A stretch of DNA of 62,507 bases, the filler included, from Basidioascus undulatus (lineage: Eukaryota): the NCBI GenBank assembly GCA_000826855.1. It is 3 parts of 3 records of this genome, joined end to end, with 100 filler letters (N's around TTAATTAATTAA, not from the genome) between each part and the next. Parts side by side here need not be neighbours in the genome. Positions count along the whole stretch, not along the records: positions 1 to 20,782 come from JTLS01000358.1; 2 more parts are not named here. One strand, written 5' to 3'. Under the pieces are notes generated by a model. That model had not been told where the DNA came from and made no database searches. It saw only the letters and a program-made list of their open reading frames with translations. Positions 1 through 13,420 of the stretch are shown piece after piece. The stretch's first letter is position 1; every line of letters starts with the position of its first letter. A program made the position numbers and the translations under genes.

Positions 1-5
1 TGGGA

Positions 6-3000
6 ATGTACGGGAACGCACACTGCTTCCGCACACAAGCGAGCCACTCCCCCCGCCGAAGCATCCTCAAGCCAGCGCCTGAGCCGGAGGAGCATACGGA
101 GTACTTCGAGCCCACCGCGACGGGCGACGAGATCCGCGCCCGGCTTGCCAGGAATGGGCCTAGGAAGAGCGAGGGGCGGCGGGGGAGCTTCGCGAGCCAC
201 TGCTTCATCCGGTGCGTCGTCCCCTATCTTTCCCCGCGCTTCACAACTCACAGTTTCGCGTCTCACCCACAGCCTCTTCGGCATCGACGACCCCAAGTCG
301 CCCGAGCCATCGAGCGACCCGCCAGGGACGCCCGAGGGCGCGACCGTCCGCACATCGCGCCGCCGCTCGAGCACAGGCTCCGACATGGACATCGCAAACG
401 ACGACATTACCGCCGCGTTCCAGCCATTCCTCGCATCCTCCTCCGCGTCGCCACCCGAGGACGAGGCCTCCTCCGATGCCGAGGGCGAGGACGACACCGG
501 CGCGATGGACCTGACCGAAGCTGTCGGGGGAATCCTCTCCAACTCCACCACCGACCCCGGCCCCTCCTCCCCCGCTCGGCTCTACCCACCCATTCCAGCC
601 TTCTCCTTCTCCCCCACCGCCTCCGAGCTCGGCTCGCCTGCGCGCCCCGCCCCGCCGCCCCCACGCGCGCACTCCGGCCTCTCGCCCACGTCGTCCGAGT
701 TCGAGGAGGACTCGGACGGGAGCGGGAGAGACAACGAGAACGAGGAGCAGACGATGGACTTTACGCTCGCGATGGGGAGCATCATCCCGAACTCGGAGGG
801 GCAGGCCGAGCTCGTCGGCGCCGTGCGCGCGCAGCTCCCGCCCACGTTCAGCCACTCGCCGGGCAAAGGAGGGCTCAAGAGGTTCTCGCTCGCCCAACCC
901 GCGCAGGAGGCGAGCTGCAGCGAGAGCGAGAGCGACGGGGAGGACATGGACGAGCAGACGATGGACGTCACGCAGGCGGTCGGGGGGATCCTCTCGGTCG
1001 GGGCGGCGGCCGCGCGCGACGACGACGAAGAGGGCAGCGAGAGCGAGGACGAGATGGACATGGAGATGACAGGCGAGGTCTCCATGGACGTGACAAAAGC
1101 CGTCGGGCAGGGGATCCTCTCCGTCTCCACCCACGCTCCTGCTCCCGCGTCCGCCTCTAAGTCCCCGCGCCGCGCATCTACATCTACCACCGCGACGCGC
1201 TCCGCACGCTTCTCCGCACCGACCGCCGCGTCCCTCGCCCGTTCTTTGCCGGCATCGACTGTCCCCCCTCCCGCCGCGTCCAAGTCTTCCCGTCGTCGCG
1301 CGTCGACCGCCGCCGCCGCCAACGCCAGCGCACCCATGTCCCCGCACAAGCCCCAGCTGCCCGTCTTCGTCGCCTCCCCGCTCAAGCGTGTGCCGGCGCC
1401 GGCGCTGGCAAGCCCAACCAAGAACCGCAACGCCCCCAGCTCGCCCTCCAAGCCCTCTTCCTCCTTCTTCCCCTCTCCCAAAAAGCCCATCGCCGCCCTC
1501 GCGGCCGCTGACCCATTCCAGGCGCCCTCGCCCTCCTCCCTCGCCGCCCGCCCTAACGCCCCCTCCTCCCCCTTCGCCTCTCCCATTCCGTGCCACGTCC
1601 AGTCACCCCTCCGCCCGCCCCCGAATTCAACGCCGACGACGAGCCGCATCGCCACAACGCCCCGCAAGTCGCCTGCGCCAAAGGCGACGACCCCGCGCCG
1701 CACGGCGCCGAAGGAGTTTGCCGCCGGCGAGGAGGCGGAGAAGGTGCTGGAGGGACTGCTTGCGGAGGATGAGGATGCGGAGGCGGAAGGTATGGGTAAC
1801 TGGGACGAGGTGGGTCCCCAAATTCCCTTTCACTGTCTCCCAACCGCGGCATCCACGACCACTGACAAACTCCCTCGCACCCGATTGCAGGAGCTCCCCG
1901 ATCCGATCTCGCTCTCCGATTTCCTCGAGATGACCGACATGCGGTTCATGGACGGGATCGCGAGCGTCAAGCGGCGCTCGACGCTCGGCGGCCACCACGC
2001 GCTCGAGTTTGCGACAACCGCGCGCGCGCCGTACCCCGACACGCCTGGAGGTGCACCCGGGCTAGTCGATTACGTAAAGGCCGCGACGGTGACCGTGCCT
2101 CAGCTGGAGATGATGCTTTGGGTGGGTCGTCTTCGCTCCTTCTTCTTCTGATAGACAGGCGGACTGAGGAGCTGAAATGGTGATGGTGGGGCGGTAGTGC
2201 TGCCAAGAGCTGAAGCGGTACATCGCGGAGGGCGCGGAGGCGATCGCAGGGTACGAGCGCGGCGTGGAGGAGATGAACCCGCCGGTGATTGTGGACTACC
2301 TGCGCGCGGACGACGACTACCGCGCGCGGATCGAGGCGCAGCTCAAGATCGTCAAGCACCATTCGCGCCTCGACGCCAAGCGCGTGTGGTACACGTGGAG
2401 GCGCGAGCTCGTTCAGAACCACCGCGAGAGCTTGGAGGCCGCGTGGGAGAATCTGCAGACGGTGCGTGAATGCCCCCATAGAGGACAGCTGAAGAGGACG
2501 AGGGAGCTGAGATGGATGCGCGGCGGATGGGACAGGACAAGGAGGTCATCCAGCTCGGAAGGCAGGAAACGAAGGCAGTCCTACCCGAGCTGCAGGCGCT
2601 TCGGGACAAGCTCAAGCTCGAGCTCGAGAAGGAGCGTAAGGTCGTGCAGGACCTCGCTGAGTGCGACCAGGAGCACCTTGTGGGGCTGAAAGAGGCCATC
2701 GCCGAGCAGTCGTGCGTCTCCCGTTTCTTCTCCACCGTGTCTTTTTCCGCTTTCTCTCTCCTCTGACTGTGATGTGGCGTGATGTGCGGTGCTGTGCAAC
2801 AGGCAGCAAATCGAGGCGTACCGGGCCGAGAGCGCGTCGAACGCGGAGGAGCTCGATCGGCTCAACGCGCGCGTGCAGGAGAAGCGGGACGCGATCGACG
2901 CCGTGCGCAACTCGATCGCCGCAAACCGCGCGGAGTGGGAGAGCGTGAATGGGTGCACGAAGCGCGAGGCGATGCGCAGACTAGGTGCGTTTCTTTCTAC

Positions 3001-3885
3001 TCCGCGCCTTTCCAAATTTTGCCCTTTCGCAGGAGCACGAGAACTAATATGCGTGGCGGAAATGGTCTCAGCCGAATTCGAGCGCCTTCAAGACCTGTTC
3101 CTCTGGCGCCCCACGAAGCTCACGCCCGAGCGCATCGAGATGGTCTATGACCGCGAGCTGGCGTTCGCGTTCGACACGCAGGGGCGCTCGCTCGAGCTCA
3201 CGCTCGTGAACGAACAGCCGCGCAAGGATGGGCTGGGCGCCGTCGATGAGTTTGCGCTCGGCCGCCTGCAGGCGGCGGTTGAGGATGAGGCGCTGGCGCA
3301 GAAAGGGGTGCCGCAGGTGAATTCTTACGCCTTTCCTCCTTCCCTCGTTCGCTTCAGGAACGGGCTTGACGCTCATCATACTTTCACCAAACAGATCGTT
3401 CAGCGTCTCACCGCCCTCTGGATAGCCGCCCAGCGCGCGCGCGAACAAGTCGCGCTCCTTCTGACGCGTTATCCGCTCAAGTTCGAGCCGGTTCCCACTA
3501 GGTCGGCCTTTGTTGTCAAGGCGACCGTCTTCCTTCCCAAGACGCGCGCGAAGTTCATCCTCTTGCTCGTCCTCCCTGCGGACGTCCTCACGGACTGGCC
3601 AGGCTCAAGCGCGGGGATCGAGGTGCGGGTAAAGAAGGCGTATGGCGCTATTGAGTACGTTTCCTGGTGGCTCTCGTGCATAGAGATTGAGGCTGATGGC
3701 GCTCGCCGGCAGGGAGGACAAGCTGCTTCAGGCTGCAACGGCGCGCACCGCGAAGGCGCAGATGCAGGGCGTGTTGCTCGACGCGGCGCTTGACGCTGTT
3801 GCTTGCTGTGCGTCGCACTTCCTCGTTATCCCCCTATTTACTGCACTTGCATGTTGACGCTCTCTTTCATCTTTCAGATGAATGA
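6..3885 (+). CDS. SPC105: Kinetochore scaffold Spc105/Spc7/KNL1, multi-exon; true 5' end uncertain at window edge
   Basis: RRSILK (SILK at 60-71) and RRGSFASHCFIR|LF across intron 212-272. MELT-like repeats MDLT/MDFT/MDVT/MEMT/MDVT, then Ser/Pro-rich disordered region, Spc7-type 'ISLSDFLEMTDMRFMD', coiled coil and RWD-like C-terminus. Last short exon ends TGA 3883-3885. Confidence 0.9.
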
Positions 3886-5008
3886 AACGGATCCTCTTTC
3901 TCGCTTCTGGTCTTCCCTTCGCTTAGTTTTCCCTTCCCCACTTTTCAGGGCTCGCGGTCGAGCGATGCCCCGCTACACTTGCGCTTGAGGACTGCTACGA
4001 GATTGATAGTGTTTTGTTTATGGTGATTCTCAGTCGTTGTTTGTACTGTGTAACATGAAATCAGTGGAGAGGAAGGGGGATGTTTGGCTCGTTTGCTATG
4101 GTGAGCTGTCGCGTCCGTCATATAGGAGTCGAATAACAATAAATACCGTGCACCAGTTGCGGCTGAGCCAAACCCCCGTCAGTAACTCGCTCTGAAGAAA
4201 GTGGGCGCCAACGCCACTCTGCGTAGTAACAGACCTCCCGATCTTTCCTGTTTGAAGTCAGGACACCGTTATCGTCTTCCCGTCCCAGCCGTTACCGGTC
4301 TACTCGAAGACTTCACACCACTTCTTCTCATTTCAGTCGTGTAGACGCACAAGCACCCCAACGAACGACGGGTTTCAGACCAACACCAGTTTCGTGTGTT
4401 GAGTCACGAGAACACGCATCCTTTCTTGTCTCTTTCCGATCATGCAAATGCTTGTATTAGCATCAATCCATTGCGATCTCTGCTCTAACCTGGCTCCGAA
4501 ATGCGGCACCGCCGAGTCCTGCGTGACTCTCCCGACGAGGCGGAACTGGTGGTCTGGTCAACCAACCCCGGTCCGAGCTCCCGACGAGCTCCCGCTCTCT
4601 TCAAGCGTCGCTTGGTGTCGAATCGTCGGGCTGGTTTCCGCAAAAAATAGAGCACTCCGTTGACCTCCCACTTGTTCCAGCGGTGCTCCCTTATGTCGTC
4701 TTATCTCGTTTTCTGGGCGCGCAATTGATCGCTGATGGAGAGAATTCCTCGGTGGGTGTCCTGTCTGAGGCCGGAAGTGCCTACGCTGCTCACAAGCGTC
4801 GCGAAGAGCAGCCTGCAGCACGCCCTGAGGTCTGCATAAGAAGCGTAATCAATCTATTGTACTGATAAGGATTGTGTCAGGCCCGGAAATAGTCCGGCTA
4901 AGTCGTATCACGCGCCTCGGCCACAGGCGGCGAAAGTCTTCTCGATGTATAAGGCACAGCTCAAACTTGCTCATGTCCTTCCCTTCCCATCAACACTCTC
5001 GATTTTCC

Positions 5009-7678
5009 ATGATAATGTTTGAGAAGGACAAGAACGATTCTCCTAACACTCCGGCTGTTCCCGTGGAAACCCCAGCCACAGCAGTCTCACGAGAATCTGA
5101 ACCCCAACGTCATTTCTCGTTGTTCAGTTGCATCGGCCTGGCATTTGCCATCTTGAACAGCTGGACGGTAAGCAAAACACACAGTCGTCGCTATCTAATG
5201 GCATCGTCTCACCTTTGCTTCCTTTCCCAGGCCATGTCCACATCGCTCGGAATTGCCCTGCCGTCTGGGGGACCCACAGTGATGACTTGGGGAGTTTTAG
5301 TGTCAGGTCTGGGTGAGTGGGAAACTTCATGCTTCGAAGGGATTCAGAGCTTATTATAATTGCGGTTGCAGGCAGTCTCGCGATGGCCGCGAGTCTGGCT
5401 GAAATCTGTAAAAGTTGTCTTGCATCGCCGCCTCGAACATGCTGTGCTGACCTTCACCGGGGCCTAGGTCACGTCTACACTCTTTCCGGTGGCCAATATC
5501 ACTTTGCATACGTGCTTTCTCCGCCAGAATGGGCCCCGCTTATCTCTTGGGCGGCTGGTAAGTCATACTGCTTTGTTAACTAGAGTGGCGGAAAGCTAAC
5601 ACGGCGACCTTTGCAGGTTGGTTCGCGGTAGCAGGCTGGTGGGCAGGTGTCGGTACTGGCGGATCTCTTGCAGGGTATTTCACGAGTGCTTCTTCCACAA
5701 AAGAACAACCGCTTACAGATTGCAAACTTCTACGCGAAAGGTCCCTCATCACTGGGTGCGTGTTCTGCCAGCCGCCACCGCTGCGCTCTGGCGACTTGTT
5801 GGCTAAACTCACCTGCACGCTCAGGGCGATTGGTCTCCTGCACTCAAACTACGAGGTGCAGATCTGGCATATTTACCTCATTGTATATCCTTCCTAGATC
5901 ACGTCAGTCAGTACCGCCCTGACAGCGCTCTGCAGTATCTGGTGTACATCATGGGCGCAGCCCTTCTTAACATCTTCTGCATCTGGCTGCTTCCCCTTGT
6001 CGACCGGGCGGCCCTGCTTTGGAGCATCACTGGAGCTGTCGCCATTGCGATCACCTGTCTCGGGTGCCAAAGCGGTAACTTCGAGACTGGCGAGTTCGTC
6101 TTCACCAGGTTCATCAATAAAACTGGATGTGGGTTGTTTTTCACTGCAGTATCCCCCCCTCCCGAACCGCATGCTGAAATTTCATGGTAGGGCCTCATGG
6201 CGTCGCTTGGATCCTGGGCCTACTGCAGTCCACTTTCGGTCTGACTGGTTTTGACGCCATTTCACATCTCGCAAGTGGGACTTCTTCATGTTAACTTAAT
6301 CCTGTGCTCTAACGACCACAACATGACTGATCAGGTTGAAGAAATGCCCAATCCTTCCATGGATGCCCCAAAGACGATGGTATTGGCCGTCCTCATAGGC
6401 GTTTCCACTGCGTTCATCTTCCTCATGGTGGTCAGTGCATCAACTTTAAACTTGGTTTTGGCTTTCACTGACAGACGGTGCGCTCGACCAGCTTCTCTTC
6501 AGCCTCACCGATGTCGACGCGGTCATCAACAGCTCCGCTGGACCGTTGCACGCGATTCTCTATCAAGCGACTGGAAGCAAGTGCGTGATTATCCCATTAA
6601 TTTCCCACCCGTCCTTTCCGTGTACGCGTTGACCTTGCGCTGCCTCGCAGGGCTGGAGCAGTCTGTCTACTCATGTTCCCAACCGTTTGCATGGCTTTCA
6701 CTACAAATGGTGATGTTTCGGGTGTTCTATTCAACGAGCTGACTGCTAACTGGAGCTTGTCCCAAGGTCTCGTTACTGGTGCTAGTCGAATGACCCAAGC
6801 TTTTGTACGTTTGTTTGAGAGGGTCGTGCAACAAGGTTGAGAGTGCTTAATTCTTCCCGAAAGGCCCGCGACGGCGGTCTGCCCTTCTCCAGCTTCTTCT
6901 CCAAGTTTAACAAGACTCTCGGCGTGCCACTCAACGCCATCATCCTCACTGCGGTCTTGCCTATTCTTTACGGGCTCATCGTGAGTTCACGTCGCTGCTT
7001 CCTTAATGAGTTCAGGATCATATGGAGTAATCTTGAACTTGGAACAGTATTTTGGAAGCTCCGCCGCGTTCAACGCCATCCTGTCGTCGATGGTCGTAGG
7101 ACTGCAGGTTTCCTACTGCGTGCCGATCGCCTTGCTCGTCATTCGAGGGCGTAAACTTCTGGACCGTCCCGGAAACCCGCCACGAGCCTGGAATCTTGGA
7201 CCAGTCTGTGAGATTTGCTTGTTTTTTGAACCTTTGAAACTTGCGCTCACGGTACATGGTCTTGCTGTCAGTGGGACCTATCACTAACTGGTTTGCCCTA
7301 ATCTTCGGCTCGGTGACTACCGTCTTCTTTCTTTTTCCGCCTGACTTACCTGCCGAAGCGTAAGGAGAACAATCTACGCTGTTACCAATCAATCAAACCA
7401 GACTGACCTTCTCCCTGGGCAACAGCTCGAGCATGAATGTGTGTTTGGGCGCTCTTCATCTTCTTCATTTTCTGCGTGATTTGCTCACCGCTTGATCCTC
7501 TCATTCTCAGTATACAATCGTCGTATTCGGTATCATCATTTTCGTCAGCTCTACGACCTGGATTTTCAATGGCCGCAAAAACTTCAAGGGTCCCCGTGAC
7601 ATCGAGCGTCTCTTGGTTGTGACAAAGGGATCGAAACTTGCTGCTTGTGAAGAACATGCGATCAAGGAGACCGCATAA
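5009..7678 (+). CDS. APC-family amino acid/choline/GABA permease (Hnm1/Uga4-like), many introns
   Basis: Spliced motifs RHFSLFSCIGLAFAILNSW, ALPSGGPTVMTWG, MAASLAEI, SGGQYHF, GLTGFDAISHL|VEEMPNP, ASRM..AFARDGGLPFS, FGSSAAFNAI, MNY, WIFNGRKNFKGP; stop TAA 7676-7678. Confidence 0.9.
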
Positions 7679-8288
7679 ATGAATTTCAATGAATGCTTAT
7701 ATTTTACCTAGTTGGATGTAGCATGGGATACCAACCAGGGTCAGATGCCCATGGCAAACGAGGTACTGCTGACCCCCACCAGATGGTTGCCAGGAAACCA
7801 CTTGCCGCCCTGGATTAGGTGGCCATGGTCAGAAAAGCTGTGCCGGGAATGCATTGTTGTCGCATATTTTGGAACTGCCATTCATAGTATTGAACAGGGC
7901 CTTTGTCCTTAAGGGCACGCGGAGAGCGGGTAGGGCACAGCGATCCCCGTTTGTTTGTTTTGGTATTTGCCTCAGTGCGCGAAAGGCTTTGTGAGCGATG
8001 CGGAACCCGACTCTCCGTTCTGCAGCGTGTAGCTGGGCTCACAGAACTGAAGCTTCCTTCGCCGTCACGATAAGTAGTTTTGCCATCTTCCATCTAATCT
8101 TGGAACTCGCTTCAGCCATGTTTTGCTGAGCACAGCTCTGCTGCAAACCTGCTCATCCCGCAGACTGAGAAGCTTCACTGGGGGCAGACGTCGAGCAATA
8201 TAGGTTGCAATGGCATGGGAAGTATTTGGTATTTGCTGAGCAGGCCAAGAATACCAAATATTATCGGCCGTGACAACCCACACGCCCA

Positions 8289-9563
8289 TCAGAAGTCGGT
8301 GCTAAAGCTGAACTCCTTCCACTCCTCCAACTCCTTCAGAACCTTCTCGCACTTTTCTTTGGCCACGGTGTACGCGTCGCTTCCGAGCGAGACGCGGACC
8401 GGCAGTTCCTTGCCGGCAGTGAGGCCGGTTCCCGTAACGATCTCGACGGTACGTTTCGCGACCTCGGCGGGGTTGCCCGGCTGCTTCCCATCGTAGTCCA
8501 CCAGCGCCTGGCGTGATGCAGCGAGAACGGGGTCGTACTCGGGGATGCGACGGGCAGCGATGTTGTCGAGGTGACCTGTAGTCGAACAGTCTGTCAGGAA
8601 CCTCCTATAAACGTGCATGGGAAAGATGCACACTGAGGAAGTTGGTGCGGGTGTAGCCGACCTCCAGGAGAACTGCGCGGATGCCGAAGGTGTTCAGCTC
8701 GGCATTGAGCGACTCGTTGAATCCTACCCAAAAGGTGTTTCATTCAGTAATGCCACAGCATGAAAAAGCATGCACTCGGGCGCACCAGAGAGAGCCATCT
8801 TCGATGCGCAGTAGGCCGCGCAGTTCGGCACCCCCCGCCAACCTCCGAGGGTGCCGAGGTTCACGATGATACCCGACCCACGGTTGCGAAGGTGGGGAAG
8901 GAACGAGCGGGTAAGGTTGACTGGAGTGAAAAGGAAGACCTCAGCGTCGCAGCCTCGAAGTTAAAGGGTATATGGAAATCTCATGACGACGCACTGGCGC
9001 CGAAAAGGCAGGTGTTGAACTCCGCATAGATTTCCTCGTGACTATTATGATTCTGTCAGCCTACCATCCTGTGGGTCTGTTAGGCGCGTACGACATCCAA
9101 TACTCACCTGCACTCCTCGATCGCTCCCTGCAGTATGTACCCCGCATTGTTGACAAGCACGTCGACCTGGCCATACACCTTCCAAGCAGCTCCAACAGGG
9201 CCACCGTTAGGCCACCGTAACCCCTTGGTGTGTTAGAGAGGGGGACAGGCAGGCACACGTTGATCGCCTCCGCGGCTTTCTTGTCCAGCTCGGCTTGCCC
9301 CGCGGTCACATCCAGTGCCAGCAGCTGAGCGCCTTGCGTAGAGAGCTGCGCGAGCTCGGCAGACTTGGACGGGTTGCGTGCGGTAGCGATGACGCGCTGT
9401 CCAGAAGCCAAGGCGGCTGTCGACCAAAAGACAGTCAGGATCAGTTTGGTGATGGAAGGAACGGTAAGCTGTGATAGAGGAACAGCGGACCTCTCGCGAT
9501 CTCAAGTCCCAGACCGCTGGACGTGCCCGTGATGAGCCAGACTAAAGAATCGGGGAAAGACAT
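8289..9563 (-). CDS. Short-chain dehydrogenase/reductase (classical SDR)
   Basis: N-terminal VWLITGTSSGLG (TGxxxGxG), LALDVT, DVLVNNAG, catalytic YCASK, C-terminal KQPGNPAEVA...LPVRVSLGSDA. Confidence 0.9.
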
Positions 9564-12064
9564 CGTGTGGTGTGTTTTAGAGATTCAGGGATGAGAGCAG
9601 TGAACGCGTAGGGAGAAAACGCTGGAGATGAGTACTGGACAAGCAAGAGAAGGCGAAAGCACGACGTTTATCTTCCGGGCCTTATTACGTATGCGTCTGC
9701 AGTGGTCCACGTATGCGTCTGCAGGGGTCCGCGTTGACCGACATTGAGTTGCCAAGCGGTTATTCTCGCTACATGCCCCGTGATCAACGTCCTTGAGTGG
9801 AGGCGTTCGGCGTTCGGCGTCCACGACGTGTTGGACACTTGCCGTTTCGTGCAGAACGCACGCATTATTTGTTTTGCCTTGTTTGCACGACCGTTCCTTC
9901 TGGGCTCTGGGAAGTGAAGGAACTGCTGGTATTTGGCACTACCAAGTGCTTCAAGCATGCTCTAATTGTGCGCCTTGTTCCTACGAACATGAGAACTGTT
10001 CGCAGCTAGTCAGAACTCCGCCGGCGTTTCGAGCTGTCTGTGATGCCTATTCTCAACCGAGAAGACTACGGCCTTGTTGCCGACAATCCAAAAGCGGGCA
10101 GTGACCGGAAAACTTCTTTCAGCTGCGGCCCTTCTCGGGATTTCAAGGTGAGTTCGCAAACAATCTTTCTTCACCCTATCGACATCTGTCGAGTCGCTCT
10201 TCAGTACCAAAGAGCTCATACTGGTGGCCTGGCGCACTATTTTACCAACTGTTGGCAGAACTGTTCCCACAAGGAGTTTGGGGATAACTTTTACATGGCC
10301 TGGTGTTCATCGGAGTACCCTCACAAATACCCGGGACCCCAGGTCGCCCCTCTCTAATTACGACGCAGTGTATGCTAAAGAGCGCGAAGCGGTACACACT
10401 ACCGCAATCTTTCATCAAAGTACCCCGGCGCAGCAGCGCCCCTCTGTAATGGGTCTCCCACATGATACAAGGCGTGCTGAGAAGAGACCATTTACACGGT
10501 TCAGAATCACCGGCTGGGACAGTTTGATGATGGAGACAGAAGATTAAGAGACATCGAACAAACTACAGAAAGAACGCCAGGTGGCGGGCTTGGCTGAAAG
10601 GACACTATGATACAACGGAACAGGAGCTAGTAGATTCCGAAGGGAAATAATGCACAACGGACTATTGCTTTAGTTAGCTCGGGCCACAACGCGACAGGGC
10701 GCCGGGCGTACCAATGGTACAACGAGGCAAGAGGCGGCGGAGGCTGCTACTCGCTTTTTCAGGATGTTCTTTGACTTGCGCAGTGGTTTCTCTGTCCCTT
10801 AGATCGGGGACGTTGCGAACACCGGCAATCCGTCGACGATGATGGGTACCGCGCGCCCGGCGGTCGCCGCAGAGTGGAAGGGGAACGACCTGTGAGAACC
10901 GGGTAAGCACTCGTGGCTACACATTATATGTGAAAATTGTATATCATATCCGGAAATCCTCGCCTACATTTGGAGAGCTCGTGCGCTTACGCTTCAACAA
11001 TGAGCGTGCGGAGACAGATTCGTATTCGGGCCCTTTCGACGGCCGAGTTGCGGTCGGCAACCTTCGACTCTGTGGGAAGTGTTGGGAGACGGTCAATGGA
11101 CCTTCTGGGTGTCCTGTTCGAGTAAATCTACGCCAGGAAGCGATACCATTCGCCCAGTGTGACATAGCAGCCAAAGGCGGACGAGCAGACCGGACTGCCA
11201 AAGAGAACGTCCGCTTGTCAGAGATTTTCTCCCCGCTCAGCCGGGCGGAGCTACCTTGATCGATATCGTTCTGAGGCCCCGGCGAGCTTGTATCTACGCT
11301 TGATGGGCGTGGAATGGTCTGGACGCCGTCCGGCTCAACTGCGCGACAGAGAAGTACAGGTCAGACAGGTTCAGCAACACACCCAATCTCGGAGCGAAAA
11401 CAAATAACACACCACCTGAGTTGCTAGCTGCCTAATCCAGCGCAAGTCGCGACTCAATCCAGCAACGAAGCTCGTTGTGCTGTCCCTCGACGGTGCGCAT
11501 CTGGTCCTTCCACTAATTCTCCGTCTCAATGAAGATGTCACCTGTCCAAGATTCAAGCATTTCACGCTTCCTCCCTGTTATTCAGGAAAGCCTGGATTAC
11601 CCATGTTCGTAGTCGAGTTTTTGGTAGAGAACGGCCCCGCGCGCTTAGAGCTGTGAATTCTCTTCTCGGAGAACACAGTTGTCCTCCAAGGCGACAGCGT
11701 GCTTCTTGGATAGCCGGTCTGAATGACGGTATGGATGAGTTGCTCACGTTCAAATCTTGTTCAACGAAAACGCTCACCGTTGTCGGCGGTCAGATCCTCC
11801 AGACGCCGAAGTAGTTGGACACGATCTCCAGCTACCCTGCCGAATATTTATCGTTAGGTTCAAGAGCCAATAGTACAATTGATAGTTGATTAAAGACTCA
11901 CCGTTGTCCGGAACCTGGCGCGCTGCTGTGGCGCTGAACTCGGGGGCTGCGAAGCTCGAACGAACGGAGGGTGCCCTGGCAGTACCCGCGCCGTTGCGCC
12001 CAGCTGGGAAGGATGCACATAATTTGTCAATGCCGCTGGAAGTCTATATTCCTGCTGCGAGAGG

Positions 12065-13420
12065 CATGTACTCATAGTCGAAGACGGGGTCTTTCGGAAG
12101 CGATTCCGTTGTTGGCCGGTCCTAGCCTGGGTCGCACGCCATCATAGCTTCCAAGATGAGGCGGAAAGCTGTGACCATCGGATGTAGTTAGGTCAACTAA
12201 ACGTCTTAGGAGATCCGGTTATTCAAGAGACCTACAAAGTGATGGTTCCGCTGGGAACATCCGGACTCGTTCACCGCGGCCCATGCGTTAACCGACCGCC
12301 TGGTCCATATGTGGCCAATCCAGCTCATCCTAGGCAACTCAAGGAGATCCACAGGCAAGGTGTCAGAATATCGAGATGCCAAGGGAAAAGATGTCGGACG
12401 CCCGTTCGTCGTGCTCGAGCCCGCAAAATCATTCGGGGGCCATCGTCTGTTGAGCGACCGCCGTCAGGCTTTGCGGAAGAACAGAGGACTGACTGACACA
12501 GAGACTTACATCAAGAGTCCCGAAATGCGCAAGCTCGCGAATGAATCCCCGTCAGTCCCACCGCTCTGTAAGGTGAGACCGTAGTGGATCAAGCGGAGGT
12601 CGACTTCGCCGTTCGGTTCGGAGAGCATGAAGTTGTCGATTTTGATATCGTTATGAGTAAACCCCTGGGATATTTGGTCAACCAAAGCTTCCTATCACCT
12701 TTCTAAAGGTCTCGTACTTACGTGGTTATGAAGCAGATGGAGGGTAGAAGGACCTTCGAGAAGGCGCTGCCGGACTAGGTCCTCCGGCATTGGACCGACT
12801 GGAAGGGATACAGATGCTGGAGCACAAGAGAAGCTATTCCTTCGAACCATCAGCTACAAATATCAAGAGAATTCAACAGAACTCACCAATGTTGGGGCTG
12901 ATGAACATAATAACAGGCTTCGGGATGAACGCGTTTTCTGGCCTGCTGTCGAAAACCTGCGGGACACAGCAGTCATGGTGATCATCAGCGTTGTGTAGAA
13001 TTACCGGGTGATCAAGTGCGTACATTGGCCTCCTTGAGCCTGATTGAGGGTATCGAGCGTGAGCTTGCATTTGTCATTGAAGGACACCACAGAGAACGCT
13101 CACAAGGCTTCTCTTGCCTTTTCGCCGCTTGCAGTAACGTAGGAGACACCCGCGTCTACCCCTTGTCCGGAGGGCGGCGCATGTTGCGACCACTGCGCAA
13201 GACCCACGGCCTGTTGTCCCCTCCTCTCTACTCATCTGTCGACAGACTCGAGAAAGCCAGGTCGACTTACCAAGATACTTTCCTATGAGCAGAAGGCCGT
13301 CGTTGTAGCTGCACTTGTAGCGGGGGAATCTCCCCGAGGACTCGAGGAGGGTAGTAGAGGACCAAGTAAAGCGGGTGATGAGGAAAGTATCACTTATGAC
13401 GGACATCTTGGATCGATGGA
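12065..13420 (-). pseudogene. Decayed Ser/Thr protein kinase gene
   Basis: Minus-strand spliced motifs KYLG|RGSCAVV (Gly loop), LDHPVI, HNDIKIDN, LIHYGL (DFG position), TMAPE, SDIFSLG, MACDP..RPT. In-frame TGA at 12429-12431, 12363-12365, 12339-12341, a TAG near 12122-12124, and apparent frameshifts. Confidence 0.75.

Noticed and set aside
241..1703. Long antisense ORFs (451 and 373 aa), and similar ones over TSR1, PRP19 and the kinase
   Set aside because: Shadow ORFs expected from GC-rich coding on the opposite strand; no recognisable motifs.
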